In this document: positions 15,635-31,892 of the stretch, piece by piece
Layout of the letters: every line of letters starts with the position of its first letter
Position numbering within the stretch: position 1 is the first letter of the stretch
Assembly (NCBI GenBank): GCA_964016885.1
Contig: OZ024742.1
Span: 345,712,001-345,776,000 of the forward strand
Reading direction: 5' to 3'
Length of the DNA stretch: 64,000 bases
Source of the DNA: Eledone cirrhosa
Taxonomy: Eukaryota
Program-made: the position numbers and the translations under genes
Notes under the pieces: generated by a model
Database searches by the model: none
What the model was told of the DNA's origin: nothing
The model's input: the letters and a program-made list of their open reading frames with translations, nothing else

Positions 15635-17257
15635 TGTTGTCATTGTTGTTATTGTTTTGTTTGCTATTTACTTGTCTCTGGTGCTAGAATATGCCCTCAA
15701 GGACTATAATGATGGTGCTTTGTTTGAATTTCGAACATCAGATGGGCTCTTTAATCATCAACGAATTGAGTTGAAGAAAATGTTTTTAGACTTCTTGTTT
15801 GCAGATGATGCGTCTCTAGTAACTAATTATTTCCGGGAAGCACAAAACCTTGTCAAACATTGTAACCCGCTTAATCTCCCTAAGAAACACATTAAAAGGG
15901 CATATGTTGACTCCCCAGCTACTTACAAGCTGATTTCACAAGCAAACACCTATGTTCACACTTACATACACAATATATATATATATATATATATGAAATA
16001 CATATCGTTTTTTATCTTTTTCAAATACAATATAAAAAATTAGAAACATAGGCGGAGCAGTTAGAAACAGATCAAAATAGAGTAATTTATTATAATAAGC
16101 AGTACAAAAGACTATGTTTCATACTTCTTTGAAAACATTTTCCAAAAAAGCATGCATACAGAATCCTATTGTGCTAAAAATAATAATTACACATGAAGCA
16201 AATTATTCATTAAAATAAACACTAAACACGTTTTTACATTAAATGATGATTTACGAACGTTTCATCCATTCCTGGCACTTGACAAAATCAGTTATTTAAG
16301 ATTAAAAACCTCATAATAACCTCCCCAAATTACTCGACAGCCAGCAGCCATAGAAAATGTTTACATTTATAAATTCCGAAATGGCGCCATAATGCATTGA
16401 AAATCTATGTTGTCCAACTACAGAAATATAACGTCAAACCACTCTAGCACATCACTATAAAAACTTTTCTTTTTAAATCAATAGAGGATAAATATAAAAA
16501 GAGAAACATGTTAAAAAATATTATAAAATCTTTTTCTATATATATATATAGGAAAAGATTCAGGTCCCCTACGGCTGAGCTCCAGCCGTTTCAACAGCTT
16601 GAATATATATTTAAGTATATACAAACGTAAGATATTTAACAAATGACTGAACCTACGGAAATGAAATAATTTTATCGATTTTCAATTTTTAGAAAATATT
16701 AAGGTAAAGTTTAGAAAACATGGAAGATAATGTTTAAAATTATTTTGATAAAATTATCCATATGGGGGCCCTTCTCCCTAGAACATCGTACATCCTCGTG
16801 AGAACATTTCGCTGCTCCCTTCAATCTGGTCACAGCAGCATCCTTTTATGTAGATGAGACGCCTCTAGGGAGAGGCATTCTTCTGCAGTTCTGTTTACAT
16901 GCCAACACAAGAGCAAGAATGATGAGGTCATTCTACTGACATGGCTTTAAAGAGGTTGTTTTCATAATTGCAAACGAATCTAATAGTTTTATTAAAATTA
17001 GGCGGTGGATTGGCAGTATCGGTAGAGGGTTGGACGCCATGCTTTGACGTATAGAGTTACCACCCTTGCCAGTCTGAGTTCAAATCCCGCCGAGGTTAAC
17101 TTTGCGTTTCATCTTTACGGGGTGGATAAAATAAAGCACCAGTAACGCACTGGGGTAATTGCTGGCCTTGTGCCAAAAGTAGAAATTAGTATTAGTATTC
17201 GAAAATCTCAGATTACATTTATTGTAGTCAGCCATGTGGAACGATAAATTATTTGTT

Positions 17258-17308
<51 letters not shown>

Positions 17309-17576
17309 AACGAGTAGGATCCCGACGGCTCAGCTCAAGCCGTTTCGACGGCTAATTCTGGACTAAATGAAAATGTTTATCCTGGTATATGAATAACTAT
17401 TGAAAGGCTATTCATATACCAGGATAAAAATGTTCATTTAGTCCAGAATTAGCCGTAGAAACGGCTTGAGCTCAGCCGTCGGAGTCCTACTCGTTCCTAT
17501 TACCCACTCTACTACCCTGAGTATTGAGTACTTTGGTGCGTTAAGGTCCACCTGGTTCCTTACCACATTTCCTTCG

Positions 17577-17622
<46 letters not shown>

Positions 17623-18035
17623 AATCAGGAAAGAAGGTTTACATGGTTTGCTATACAAAAAAGTTTTTAATCACATAGCTTACATTTGTTTCACTGAACT
17701 GGTATGTCTAGAGATCGCTATCCGCCTAATTTTGCGTCACTCGATCGCCAATACAGAATTATAACCAGTCAGATCTTCGGAGCATGCGAGAATGAAGAAA
17801 ATACACAGGCAAGAAAATAAAAGAAAATATGGAGTAGTTATGGCATTCAATTAGAACAATAAACAACAACAATTATTACAACAATGCTATCAATAAACTA
17901 TTTAAGGAGACCCTGACATTACTTAGGTGGGGGGTATATAATGTATCTAATGTTACGGCGTGAAAACCAGCTGTCATAAGGCAAAAAGTATCGTAGTGTG
18001 TATCAATTTTAAATTATAAAGATAAGCTAGTTAGG

Positions 18036-18437
18036 TGCCCATTGGCGAATAGATGTCTCGATTCGAGTCTGGTGTACATGTGCACTGTCATCTCGGGTAA
18101 CTCCACTTGGAATTACATAGGATCCACCGCGGGTTCTTTTAAGAAAAGATGGTATGTGCACAGGCACTCGATGAAAAACCGAGCTCTTATGGGTTCCACC
18201 ACCCTCGCCAGAAAAATATGGGAATTGAAGGACAGCAACGCTAGCTACACTATCAACTGGTCGAAGTTGTCGGCTGCTAAAACCTATAGTACAGGTATGT
18301 CCTATTGCGGGCTGTGTGATCTTGAGCTATTGTATATCCTTAGAAATGTTAAAAGACTACTTAATAATAAGTTAGAAAGATCTATCTTCTGCAGGCATAG
18401 AATAGCCACTAAATTCATAAGATTCAAACCTCCGTGA
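18036..18437 (+). CDS. C-terminal GIY-YIG endonuclease domain of the PLE (truncated)
   Basis: CPL..RCL..SLVY.C.V...YIGST..SFKKR..VH....TTLA..IWELK...CGLC..E. Confidence 0.88.
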   Translation, partial: CPLANRCLDSSLVYMCTVISGNSTWNYIGSTAGSFKKRWYVHRHSMKNRALMGSTTLARKIWELKDSNASYTINWSKLSAAKTYSTGMSYCGLCDLELLYILRNVKRLLNNKLERSIFCRHRIATKFIRFKPP

Positions 18438-18483
18438 ATCGAACCAACATAACATAGCTTTAAATTAGGATACCTACTACCCA

Positions 18484-18531
<48 letters not shown>

Positions 18532-18806
18532 CATTAAGTATACTATTTCCTTCACAAGTCTATACCACACAATAGTCTGTAAATACCTCATCTACCAACA
18601 ATCTTACTCCTTCTCAGCTGCTGCAATCATTTAATCCTAGATCCTAGTTTTTCTCATTTCACTACTACAATGTTACTTTACCTTCTTTTTGCCATATTAC
18701 AATTAGCACGCTTTTCTCTTTGCATGTATGTATATTTTTGTACGAGTGTATATTAGTGTGTATGTATGTGTCTATGTACACATATATGTGTATATGTATT
18801 TATATT

Positions 18807-18862
<56 letters not shown>

Positions 18863-19220
18863 CGTAGATATATGCGTATATTAATTCGTTAACCTCTGTA
18901 TTAACTCTACAACTATTGAGCTTTGACAGTGGTCCCACTCATGTATACGGTTGAAGATGAAGAGAAAGACTGTAAAAACTAGCTTATCTTTATAATTTAA
19001 AATTGATACACACTACGATACTTTTTGCCTTATGACAGCTGGTTTTCACGCCGTAACATTAGATACATTATATACCCCCCACCTAAGTAATGTCAGGGTC
19101 TCCTTAAATAGTTTATTGATAGCATTGTTGTAATAATTGTTGTTGTTTATTGTTCTAATTGAATGCCATAACTACTCCATATTTTCTTTTATTTTCTTGC
19201 CTGTGTATTTTCTTCATTCT

Positions 19221-19337
19221 CGCATGCTCCGAAGATCTGACTGGTTATAATTCTGTATTGGCGATCGAGTGACGCAAAATTAGGCGGATAGCGATCTCTA
19301 GACATACCAGTTCAGTGAAACAAATGTAAGCTATGTG
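19221..19337 (+). ncRNA. Type I hammerhead ribozyme with long stem II (mirror copy 17672-17788 on minus)
   Basis: Stem I CGCATGCT/AGC(T)ATGTG, core CCGAAGA, stem II CTGACTGGT...ACCAGTTCAG, GAAA, stem III ACA-AA-TGT, GUA cleavage triplet. Confidence 0.7.
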
Positions 19338-19556
19338 ATTAAAAACTTTTTTGTATAGCAAACCATGTAAACCTTCTTTCCTGATTTATTATTACTCCAA
19401 GTGTTTACAACATAGGAATTACAGCATACCCGCAGCATCACTATGAAAACGCCTTGTTGAGTCAAACCAAGCCAAGCGTTAATATCATCCACTACCTGGA
19501 ATACCATAACTGGACTTCACCTAAGTGGACTGCATTTAACTATTATTTGTTAATCC

Positions 19557-19595
<39 letters not shown>

Positions 19596-20814
19596 GAATG
19601 TCTCTTGTATCCCTATTAAAAAATTGGGATTATCACTCCCGATTACCATTGCTTTGGTCCGTTTCCAGAGATCCAGGGCACCTGGCACGCACGAGCCATT
19701 CAGAGTATAGCTTCTCTATTTAAGGGTTTTTGTTAAATCTTGGGCCGAATTTTATCCTGTCAGAGCACCTGCAACATTTAAGCACTCTGGCCATCCGAGT
19801 CTCCTTGAGATTACTCTCCATCCCTTCAGGCGTCTCATGTACATCAAAGGATGCTGCTGTGACCAGATTTAGGAGAGCAGCAAAATGTTCCCACGAGGAT
19901 GTAATATGTTCTAGAGAGAATGGTCCCATAAGGATAATTTTATCAAAATAGTTTTAACTCTGTAGCATCTAAACCGGCCGTACCAGCCAGAATTCTCTCA
20001 CCTCGTTCTGTTCAAACTGGTCATAACTGGCTGCTAATTCTTATATTAAGGTAATGTTCACAAAATAAATAATATCCAAATCTCATAGATTCGATATTAT
20101 ATGAGATTATATGTGAAATAACATATTTACCATGAAAATCCAATAGTATATATAGCGTAATATAAATGCTAAAGGGTATGCTCTCTTCAATTTTTTCAAA
20201 ATGTTACCTTAATATTTTCTAAAAAATTAAAAATCCATGAAATTATTTCATTTTCGTAGGTTCAGTCAACTGTTAAATATCTTACGTTTGTATATATTTA
20301 AATAATTCTCTTTTTATATTATTGTGTATGTAAATATAACATGAATATAGCATTAAACATGTTCATTAATTTTATGTAGTTGATTCTAAAATAACTGAGA
20401 AATGTCGGCACGGTCAGCTAGTACTTCAAGAATACAGGAAAGAATAAGGGTTCTTAAGTATATCTCATTGTGAATACGTAAAAAGAAATCCCTTTCTCCA
20501 TCTCTACCCGCTATCATATCATTCCTCTCTGTTCCATCAATGCCTAATCAATACCTTAACTAATACCATCTCCCTTCCTAATCAATACCTTAACTAATAC
20601 CATCTCCCTTATTTATGATAATGCGTTACGTTGAAAGATCAAGAACATTCAGAAAAGCTAAGCAAAGAAGTAACTATAGTAAATAAGTATTCAATACATT
20701 AATACAGTGAAAACAACAACGTTTAATATAGAAATGGCTTCTACAGGTCCTGTAGAGACCATTTCTATATTAAATTACGCTATATAGAATAGATAGATAG
20801 ATAGATAGATAGAT

Positions 20815-21397
20815 ATATTTCTTTTATTTGCCACTAGGGCATCAAAAGTGGGACAAGTACAAAGGGGGGAGTTTACACAAAAAGGCGTCCTCAATAAGGA
20901 GGAGGCAATAACAAAATATAAAAATAAAATAAGATATAACAAAAAATAAATTTTTAACAAAATCCTCAATAGAGAGGAGGCGCCTTGGGGGGTCGCACAC
21001 ACCCCCGAAAAAGGTGTGCAACCCTTCTCCTCAGGAGCACAGAGAAGGGGTGCTCCCTTGGTCTTTCATCTTCCTCACCTATAGTCTGATGTAGAGTGAA
21101 GGCCCATTCACACGGGCCATTCTCGCCACTTTCACCCATCTTTCATAGAAACGGCTGGGGTGCAGCACCTCTCTCTCCATCCTGATCCTTCTTCCGAAAT
21201 GATATCGGAAGAAACGGACCAGTTGTTGGCCAGAGAGAAAGGTGCCCGACCTCAGTCCTTTCAGACGCGTCCACCATACAACCTCTTTCGCCATGGCTAT
21301 TACGCACAGAAACACCGCCTCTGCTTCATCTTTGAAGGGGGGAGGCGGCTTGATCATTACAATAGACTCGGTGGTCAACCGGATCGGTCCCACCCTT
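20815..21397 (-). mobile_element. 3' fragment of a Tx1/L1-type LINE inserted in the (GATA)n of unit 4
   Basis: SRVGPIRLTTESIV...AMAKEVVWWTRLKGL...RVNGPSL.IRL matches the ORF2 C-terminus at 50009-50362. (GATA)n flanks both sides; absent from units 1-3. Confidence 0.88.
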
Positions 21398-21453
<56 letters not shown>

Positions 21454-21454
21454 C

Positions 21455-21519
<65 letters not shown>

Positions 21520-21600
21520 ATGAGGATTTAGCTTCTGGCATAGCTGTATACAGATATGTATAGAAATCTGTGTGAGTGTGTAGTACAAAACAGTAATAAA

Positions 21601-24600
21601 CAATGACAACAATGATAACAATGACAACAATGACAACAATAACAACAATGACAACAATGACAACAATGACAGCAATAACAACAATGACAACAATGACAAC
21701 AATAACAACAATGACAACAATGACAACAATAACAACAATGACAACAATGACAACAATGACAACAATAACAACAATGACAACAATGACCACAATGACAACA
21801 ATGACAACAATGACAACAATAACAACAATGACAACAATGACAACAATGACAACAATAACAACAATGACAACAATGACCACAATGACAACAATGACAACAA
21901 TGACAACAATAACAACAATGACAACAATGACAACAATGACAACAATAACAACAATGACAACAATGACCACAATGACAACAATGACAACAATGACAGCAAT
22001 AACAACAATGACAACAATGACAACAATGACAACAATGACAACAATGACAACAATGACAACAATAACAACAATGACAACAATGACAACAATGACAACAATA
22101 ACAACAATGACAACAATGACCACAATGACAACAATGACAACAATGACAACAATAACAACAATGACAACAATGACAACAATAACAACAATGACAACAATGA
22201 CAACAATTACAACAATGACAACAATGACGCCAATAACAACAATGACAACAATAACAACAATGACAACAAGGACAACAATGACAACAATAACAACAATAAC
22301 AACAATGACAACAATGACAACAATGACAACAATGACAACAATAACGACAATAACAACAATAACAACAATAACAACAATAACAACAATGACAACAATAACA
22401 ACAATGACAACAATAACAAAAATGACAACCATAACAACAATGACAACAATGGCAACAATGACAACAATGACAACAATAACAACAATGACAACAATGACAA
22501 CAATGACAACAATAACAACAATGACAACAATGACAACAATGACGACAATAACAACAATAACAACAATAACAACAATAACAACAATGACAACAATGACAAC
22601 AATGACAACAATAACAACAATGACAACCATAACAACAATGACAACAATGGCAACAATGACAACAATGACAACAATAACAACAATGACAACAATAACAACA
22701 AAGACAACAATAACAAAAATGACAACAATGACAACAATAACAACAATGACAACAATGACAACAATGACAACAATGACAACAATGACAACAATGACAACAA
22801 TGACAACAATGACAACAATGACGACAATAACAACAATGACAACAATGACAACAATAACAACAATGACAACAATAACAACAAAGACAACAATAACAAAAAT
22901 GACAACAATGACAACAATAACAACAATGACAACAATGACAACAAAGACAACAATAACAAAAATGACAACAATGACAACAATAACAACAATGACAACAATG
23001 ACAACAATGACAACAATGACAACAATGACAACAATGACAACAATGACAACAATGACAACAATGACGACAATAACAACAATGACAACAATGACAACAATAA
23101 CAACAATGACAACAATAACAACAAAGACAACAATAACAAAAATGACAACAATGACAACAATGACAACAATGACAACAATAACAACAATGACAACAATGAC
23201 AATGACAACAATGACAACAATGACAACAATGACAACAATGACAAAAATGACAACAATGACAACAATAACAACAAAGACAACAATAACAAAAATGACCACA
23301 ATGACAACAATGACAACAATGACAACAATAACAACAATGACAACAATGACAATGACAACAATGACAACAATGACAACAATGACAACAATGACAAAAATGA
23401 CAACAATGACAACAATAACAACAATGACAACAATAACAACAATGACAACAATGACAACAATGACAAGAATGACAACAATAACAACAATGATAACAATGAC
23501 AACAATGACAACAATAACAACAATGACAACAATGACAACAATGACAACAATGACAACAATGACAACAATGACAACAATGACGACAATAACAACAATGACA
23601 ACAATGACAACAATAACAACAATAACAAAAATGACAACAATGACAACAATGACAATGACAACAATGACAACAATGACAACAATAACAACAATGATAACAA
23701 TGATAACAATGACAACAATGACAACAATAACAACAATGACAACAATGACAACAATGACATCAATAACAACAATGACAACAATAACAACAATGACAACAAT
23801 GACAACAATGACAACAATGACAACAATGACAACAATGACAACAATGACAACAATAACAACAATGACAACAATGACAACAATGACAATGACAACAATGATA
23901 ACAATGACAACAATAACAACAATAACAACAATGACAACAATGACAACAATAACAACAATGACAACAATGACAACAATAACAACAATGACAACAATGACAA
24001 CAATAACAACAATGACAACAATGACAACAATAACAACAATGATAACAATGATAACAATGACAACAATGACAACAATAACAACAATAACAACAATAACAAC
24101 AATGACAACAATGACAACAATAACAACAATGACAACCATAACAACAATAACAACAATGATAACAATGATAACAATGACAACAATGACAACAATAACAACA
24201 CTGATAACAATGATAACAATGACAACAATGACAACAATAACAACAATAACAACAATAACAACAATGACAACAATGACAACAATAACAACAATGACAACCA
24301 TAACAACAATAACAACAATGATAACAATGATAACAATGACAACAATGACAACAATGACAACAATGACAACAATGACAACAATGACAACAATGACATCAAT
24401 AACAACAATGACAACAATAACAACAATGACAACAATGACAACAATGACAACAATAACAACAATGACAACAATGACAACAATGACAACAATAACAACAATG
24501 ACAACAATGACAACAATGACAACAATAACAACAATGACAACAATGACAACAATAACAACAATGACAACAATGACAACAATAACAACAATGACAACAATGA

Positions 24601-27600
24601 CAACAATAACAACAATGACAACAATGACAACAATGACAACAATAACAACAATGACAACAAGGACAACAATAACAACAATAACAACAATGACAACAATGAC
24701 AACAATGACAATGACAACAATGACAACAATGACAACAATAACAACAATGATAACAATGATAACAATGACAACAATGACAACAATAACAACAATGATAACA
24801 ATGATAACAATGACAACAATGACAACAATAACAACAATGACAACAATAACAACAATGACAACAATGACAACAATGACAACAATAACAACAATGACAACAA
24901 TGACAACAATAACAACAATGACAACAATGACAACAATAACAACAATGACAACAATGACAACAATGACAACAATGACAACAATGACAACAATAACAACAAT
25001 GACAACAATGACAACAATGACAACAATAACAACAATGACAACAATGACAACAATGACAACAATAACAACAATGACAACAATGACAACAATAACAACAATG
25101 ACAACAATGACAACAATGACATCAATAACAACAATGACAACAATAACAACAATGACAACAATGACAACAATGACAACAATCCACAACAATGACAACAATG
25201 ACAACAATAACAACAATGACAACAATGACAACAATGACAATGACAACAATGACAACAATGACAACAATAACAACAATGATAACAATGATAACAATGACAA
25301 CAATGACAACAATAACAACAATGACAACAATGACAACAATGACAACAATGACATCAATAACAACAATGACAACAATAACAACAATGACAACAATGACAAC
25401 AATGACAACAATAACATCAATGACAACAATGACATCAATAACAACAATGACAACAATAACAACAATGACAACAATGACAACAATGACAACAATAACAACA
25501 ATGACAACAATGACAACAATGACAACAATGACAACAAGGACGACAATAACAACAATGACAACAATGACAACAATGACAACAATGACAACAATGACAACAA
25601 TAACAACAATGACAACAATGACAACAATGACAACAATAACAACAATGACAACAATGACAACAATGACAACAATGACAACAATAACAACAATGACAACAAT
25701 AACAACAATGACAACAATGACAACAATAACAACAATGACAACAATGACAACAATGACAACAATGACAACAATGACAACAATAACAACAATGACAACAATA
25801 ACAACAATGACAACAATGACAACAATAACAACAATGACAACAATGACAAGAATGACAACAATAACAACAATGACAACAATGACAACAATAACAACAATGA
25901 CGACAATGACAACAATGACAACAATGACAACAATGACAACAATGACAACAATGACAACAATGACAACAATGACAATGACAACAATGACAACAATGACAAC
26001 AATGACAACAATGACAACAATGACGACAATGACAACAATGACAACAATGACAATGACAATAATGACAACAATGACAACAATGACAACAATGACAACAATG
26101 ACGACAATGACAACAATGACAACAATGACAATGACAACAATGACAACAATGACAACAATGACAACAATGACAACAATGACAACAATAACAACAATGATAA
26201 CAATGACAACAATGACAACAATGACAACAAGGACAACAATGACAACAATGACAACAATAACAACAATGACAACAATAACAACAATGACAACAATGACAAC
26301 AATGACAACAATGACAACAATGACAACAATGACAACAATGACAACAATGACAACAATGACAACAATGACAACAATAACAACAATGACAACAATGACAACA
26401 ATGATAACAATGACAACAATGACAACAATAACAAGAATGACAACAATGACAACAATGACAACAATAACAACAATGACAACAATGACAACAATGATAACAA
26501 TGACAACAATGACAACAATGACAACAATGACAACAATGACAACAATAACAACAATGACAACAATGACAACAATGATAACAATGACAACAATGACAACAAT
26601 GACAACAATGACAACAATGACAACAATAACAACAATGACAACAATGACAACAATGACAACAATAACAACAATGACAACAATGACAACAATGATAACAATA
26701 ACAACAATGACAACAATGACAACAATGATAACAATGACAACAATGACAACAATGACAACAATGACAACAATGACAATGACAACAATGACAACAATGACAA
26801 CAATGACAACAATGACGACAATGACAACAATGACAGCAATGACAACAATGACAACAATGACAACAATGACAACAATGACAACAATGACAATGACAACAAT
26901 GACAACAATGACAACAATGACAACAATGACAACAATGACAACAATGACAACAATGACAATGACAACAATGACAACAATGACAACAATGACAACAATGACA
27001 ACAATGACAACAATGACAATGACAACAATGACAACAATAACAACAATAACAACAATGACAACAATGACAACAATGATAACAATGACAACAATGATAACAA
27101 TGACAACAATGACAACAATGATAACAATGACAACAATGACAACAATGACAACAATAACAACAATGACAACAATGACAACAATGATAACAATGACAACAAT
27201 GACAACAATAACAACAATGACAACAATGACAACAATGACAACAATGACAACAATGATAACAATGACAACAATGACAACAATGACAACAATGACAACAATA
27301 ACAACAATGACAACAATGACAACAATGATAACAATGACAACAATGACAACAATGACAACAATGACAACAATGACAACAATGACAACAATGACAACAATGA
27401 CAACGATGACAACAATAACAACAATGACAACAATAACAACAATAACAACAATAACAACAATGACAACAATGACAACAATGACAACAATGACAACAATGAC
27501 AATGACAACAATGACAACAATGACAACAATGACAACAATGACAACAATGACAACAATGACAATGACAACAATGACAACAATGACAACAATGACAACAATG

Positions 27601-30600
27601 ACAACAATGACAATGACAACAATGACAACAATGACAACAATGACAACAATGACAACAATGACGACAATAACAACAATGATAACAATGACAACAATGACAA
27701 CATTGACAACAATGCCAACAATGACAACAATGACAACAATAACAACAATGACAACAATGACAACAATGACAACAATGACAACAATGACGACAATAACAAC
27801 AATGACAACAATGACAACAATGACAACAATGACAACAATGACGACAATAACAACAATGACAACAATGACAACAATGACAACAATAACAACAATGATAACA
27901 ATGACAACAATGACAACATTGACAACAATGACAACAATGACAACAATGACAACAATAACAACAATGACAACAATAACAACAATGACAACAATGACAACAA
28001 TGACAACAATGACAACAATGACAACAATGACAATGACAACAATGACAACAATGACAACAATAACAACAATGATAACAATGACAACAATGACAACAATGAC
28101 AACAATGACAACAATGACAACAATGACAACAATGACAACAATGACAACAATAACAACAATGACAACAATGACAACAATGATAACAATGACAACAATGACA
28201 ACAATGACAACAATGACAACAATGACAACAATGACAACAATGACAACAATGACAACAATGACAACAATGACAACAATGACAACAATGACAACAATAACAA
28301 CAATGACAACAATGACAACAATGATAACAATGACAACAATGACAACAATGACAACAATGACAACAATGACAACAATGACAATGACAACAATGACAACAAT
28401 GACAACAATGACAACAATGACAACAATGACAACAATGACAATGACAACAATGACAACAATGACAACAATGACAACAATGACAACAATGACAATGACAACA
28501 ATGACAACAATGACAACAATGACAACAATGACAATGACAACAATGACAACAATGACAACAATGACAACAATGACAACAATGACGACAATGACAATGACAA
28601 CAATGACAACAATGACAACAATGACAACAATGACAACAATGACAACAATGACAATGACAACAATGACAACAATGACAACAATGACAATGACAACAATGAC
28701 AATGACAACAATGACAACAATGACAACAATGACAATGACAACAATGACAACAATGACAACAATGACAATGACAACAATGACAACAATGACAACAATGACA
28801 ACAATGACAACAATGACGACAATGACAACAATGACAACAATGACAACAATAACAACAATGATAACAATGACAACAATGACAACAATGACAACAATGACAA
28901 CAATGACAACAATGACAACAATGACAACAATGACAACAATGATAACAATGACAACAATGACAACAATGACAACAATGACAACAATGATAACAATGATAAC
29001 AATGACAACAATGACAACAATGACAACAATGACAACAATGACAACAATGACAACAATGACAACAATGACAACAATGACAACAATGATAACAATGACAACA
29101 ATGACAACAATGACAACAATGACAACAATGACAACAATGACAACAATGACGACAATGACAACAATGACAACAATGACAACAATAACAACAATGACAACAA
29201 TGACAACAATGACAACAATGACAACAATGACAACAATGACAACAATGACAACAATGACAACAATGACAATGACAACAATGACAACAATGACAACAATGAC
29301 AACAATGACAACAATGACAACAATGACAATGACAACAATGACAACAATGACAACAATGACAACAATGACAACAATGACGACAATGACAACAATGACAACA
29401 ATGACAACAATAACAACAATGATAACAATGACAACAATGACAACAATGACAACAATGACAACAATGACATCAATGATAACAATGACAACAATGACAACAA
29501 TGACAACAATGATAACAATGACAACAATGACAACAATGACAACAATGACAACAATGACAACAATGACAACAATGATAACAATGACAACAATGATAACAAT
29601 GACAACAATGACAACAATGACAACAATGACAACAATAACAACAATGATAACAATGACAACAATGATAACAATGACAACAATGACAACAATGACAACAATG
29701 ACAACAATGACAACAATGACAACAATGACAACAATGACAACAATAACAACAATAACAACAATGACAACAATGATAACAATGACAACAATGACAACAATGA
29801 CAACAATGACAACAATGACAACAATGACAACAATGATAACAATGACAACAATGATAACAATGACAACAATGACAACAATGACAACAATGACAACAATGAC
29901 AACAATGATAACAATGACAACAATGATAACAATGACAACAATGACAACAATGACAACAATGACAACAATGACAACAATGACAACAATGATAACAATGACA
30001 ACAATGACAACAATGACAACAATGACAACAATGACAACAATGACAACAATGACAACAATGACAACAATGACAATGACAACAATGACAACAATGACAACAA
30101 TGACAACAATGACAACAATGACAACAATGACAATGACAACAATGACAACAATGACAACAATGACAACAATGACAACAATGACGACAATGACAACAATGAC
30201 AACAATGACAACAATGACAACAATAACAACAATGACAACAATGACAACAATGACAACAATAACAACAATGACAACAATGACAACAATGATAACAATGACA
30301 ACAATGACAACAATGACAACAATGACAACAATGACAACAATAACAACAATGACAACAATGACAACAATGATAACAATGACAACAATGACAACAATGACAA
30401 CAATGACAACAATGACAACAATGACAACAATGACAACAATGACAACAATGACAACAATGACAACAATAACAACAATAACAACAATGACAACAATGATAAC
30501 AATGACAACAATGACAACAATGACAACAATGACAACAATGACAACAATGACCACAATGACAACAATGACAACAATAACAACAATAACAACAATGACAACA

Positions 30601-30768
30601 ATGATAACAATGACAACAATGACAACAATGACAACAATGACAACAATGACAACAATGACAACAATGACAACAATGACAACAATGACAACAATGACAACAA
30701 TGACAACAATGACAACAATAACAACAATGACCACAATGACAACAATGACAACAATGACAACAATGACA
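21601..30768. repeat. 9-bp satellite array 4 (~9.2 kb)
   Basis: Directly visible tandem repeat. Confidence 0.99.
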
Positions 30769-31002
30769 TAGAGGACAAAATATGTTAAATATTAAGCCAA
30801 AGTGAGGCAAAATGAGAAATGTGACACCGATGATTCGGGTGGTAGTCCTTCACAAAGGAATGATATGAAGAAAGGAGATAATTTATGAGAAGAAAGAGGG
30901 ATGGATGATCTCGGTGGGATGTGGACAATGTATGTAAATATGAGAGTTTGGGGGCTTTGATGCTTATTTGAAAGCAGCGTTAGTAAAATATTAGTAATTG
31001 AC

Positions 31003-31640
31003 TGTATATGAGTATGTGTTTGTACGTGTGTGTGTATGTGTGTGTCTGGGTATGTGTGAGTATGTACGTGTGTTTGAGTGTGTATCTGCGTGTGTGTGTG
31101 CGTGTGTGTGTGTGCTTGTTCGTGTGTGTGTGCATATGTTTGTGCCTGTGTGTGCGTATGTTTGTCTGTGTTTGTGCGTATATATGTGTGTCCGTATGTG
31201 TGTGTCTGCATGTGTGTGTGCCTGTGTCTGTGCGTGTGTGTGTGTGCGTGTTCTTGTCTGTGTGTCTATATCTGTATGAATGTGTTTGTGTGTGTGTGTC
31301 TACGTGTGTTTGTGCGTGTGTTTGTGCGTGTGTTTGTGCGTGTGTTTGTGCGTATGCGTGTGTGAGCTTGTGCGTGTTTGTGCATAAGTTTGTGCCTGTG
31401 CGTGCGTATGTTTGTCTGTATGTGTGCATATGAGTGCGTATTTGTGTGTGTCCGTGTGTCTGCATGTGTGTGTGTGCTTGCGCGTGTGTGTGCATATGTT
31501 TGTGCATGCGTGTGCATATGTTTGTCTATGTGTGTGTGCATGTGTGTCCATATTTATATGTCTGTATGTGCGTGTGCGCGCGTGTTTGTGCGTGTGTGTG
31601 TGTGTGTTTGTCTGTGTATGTATGTGTGTGTGTGCGTGTT
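31003..31640. repeat. Degenerate (TG)n low-complexity tract
   Basis: Directly visible. Confidence 0.95.
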
Positions 31641-31706
31641 TCTGTTACTGAGCCAAGTTTATAGTCCTTCGTTTCTATTTTCGTTGAACTCCTACATTAT
31701 TTGCTA

Positions 31707-31892
31707 GGGTGGGAGATTGGCAGTATCGGTAGAGGGTCGGACGCCATGCTTTGACGCATAGAGTTACGGCCCTTGCCATTCTGAGTTCAAATCCCGCCGA
31801 GGTTAACTTTGCCTTTCATCCTTACAGGGTCGATAAAATAAAGTACCAGTAATGTACTGTGTAATTGCTGCCCTTGTTACAAAAGTAGAAAC
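31707..31892 (+). mobile_element. tRNA-derived SINE family 1
   Basis: High similarity to 4719-4904. Confidence 0.85.

Larger units (their letters stand above)
17618..19558 (+). mobile_element. 5'-truncated Penelope-like retroelement with inverted pLTR (17618-18032 mirrors 18977-19391), inserted in (TA)n
   Basis: GIY-YIG ORF remnant, 415-bp inverted repeat, unpaired 3' tail, HHR in the pLTR and (TA)n on both sides; absent from the other unit junctions. Confidence 0.92.

Noticed and set aside
21601-30768. Telomeric array
   Set aside because: Not TTAGGG-type, internal and heterogeneous.
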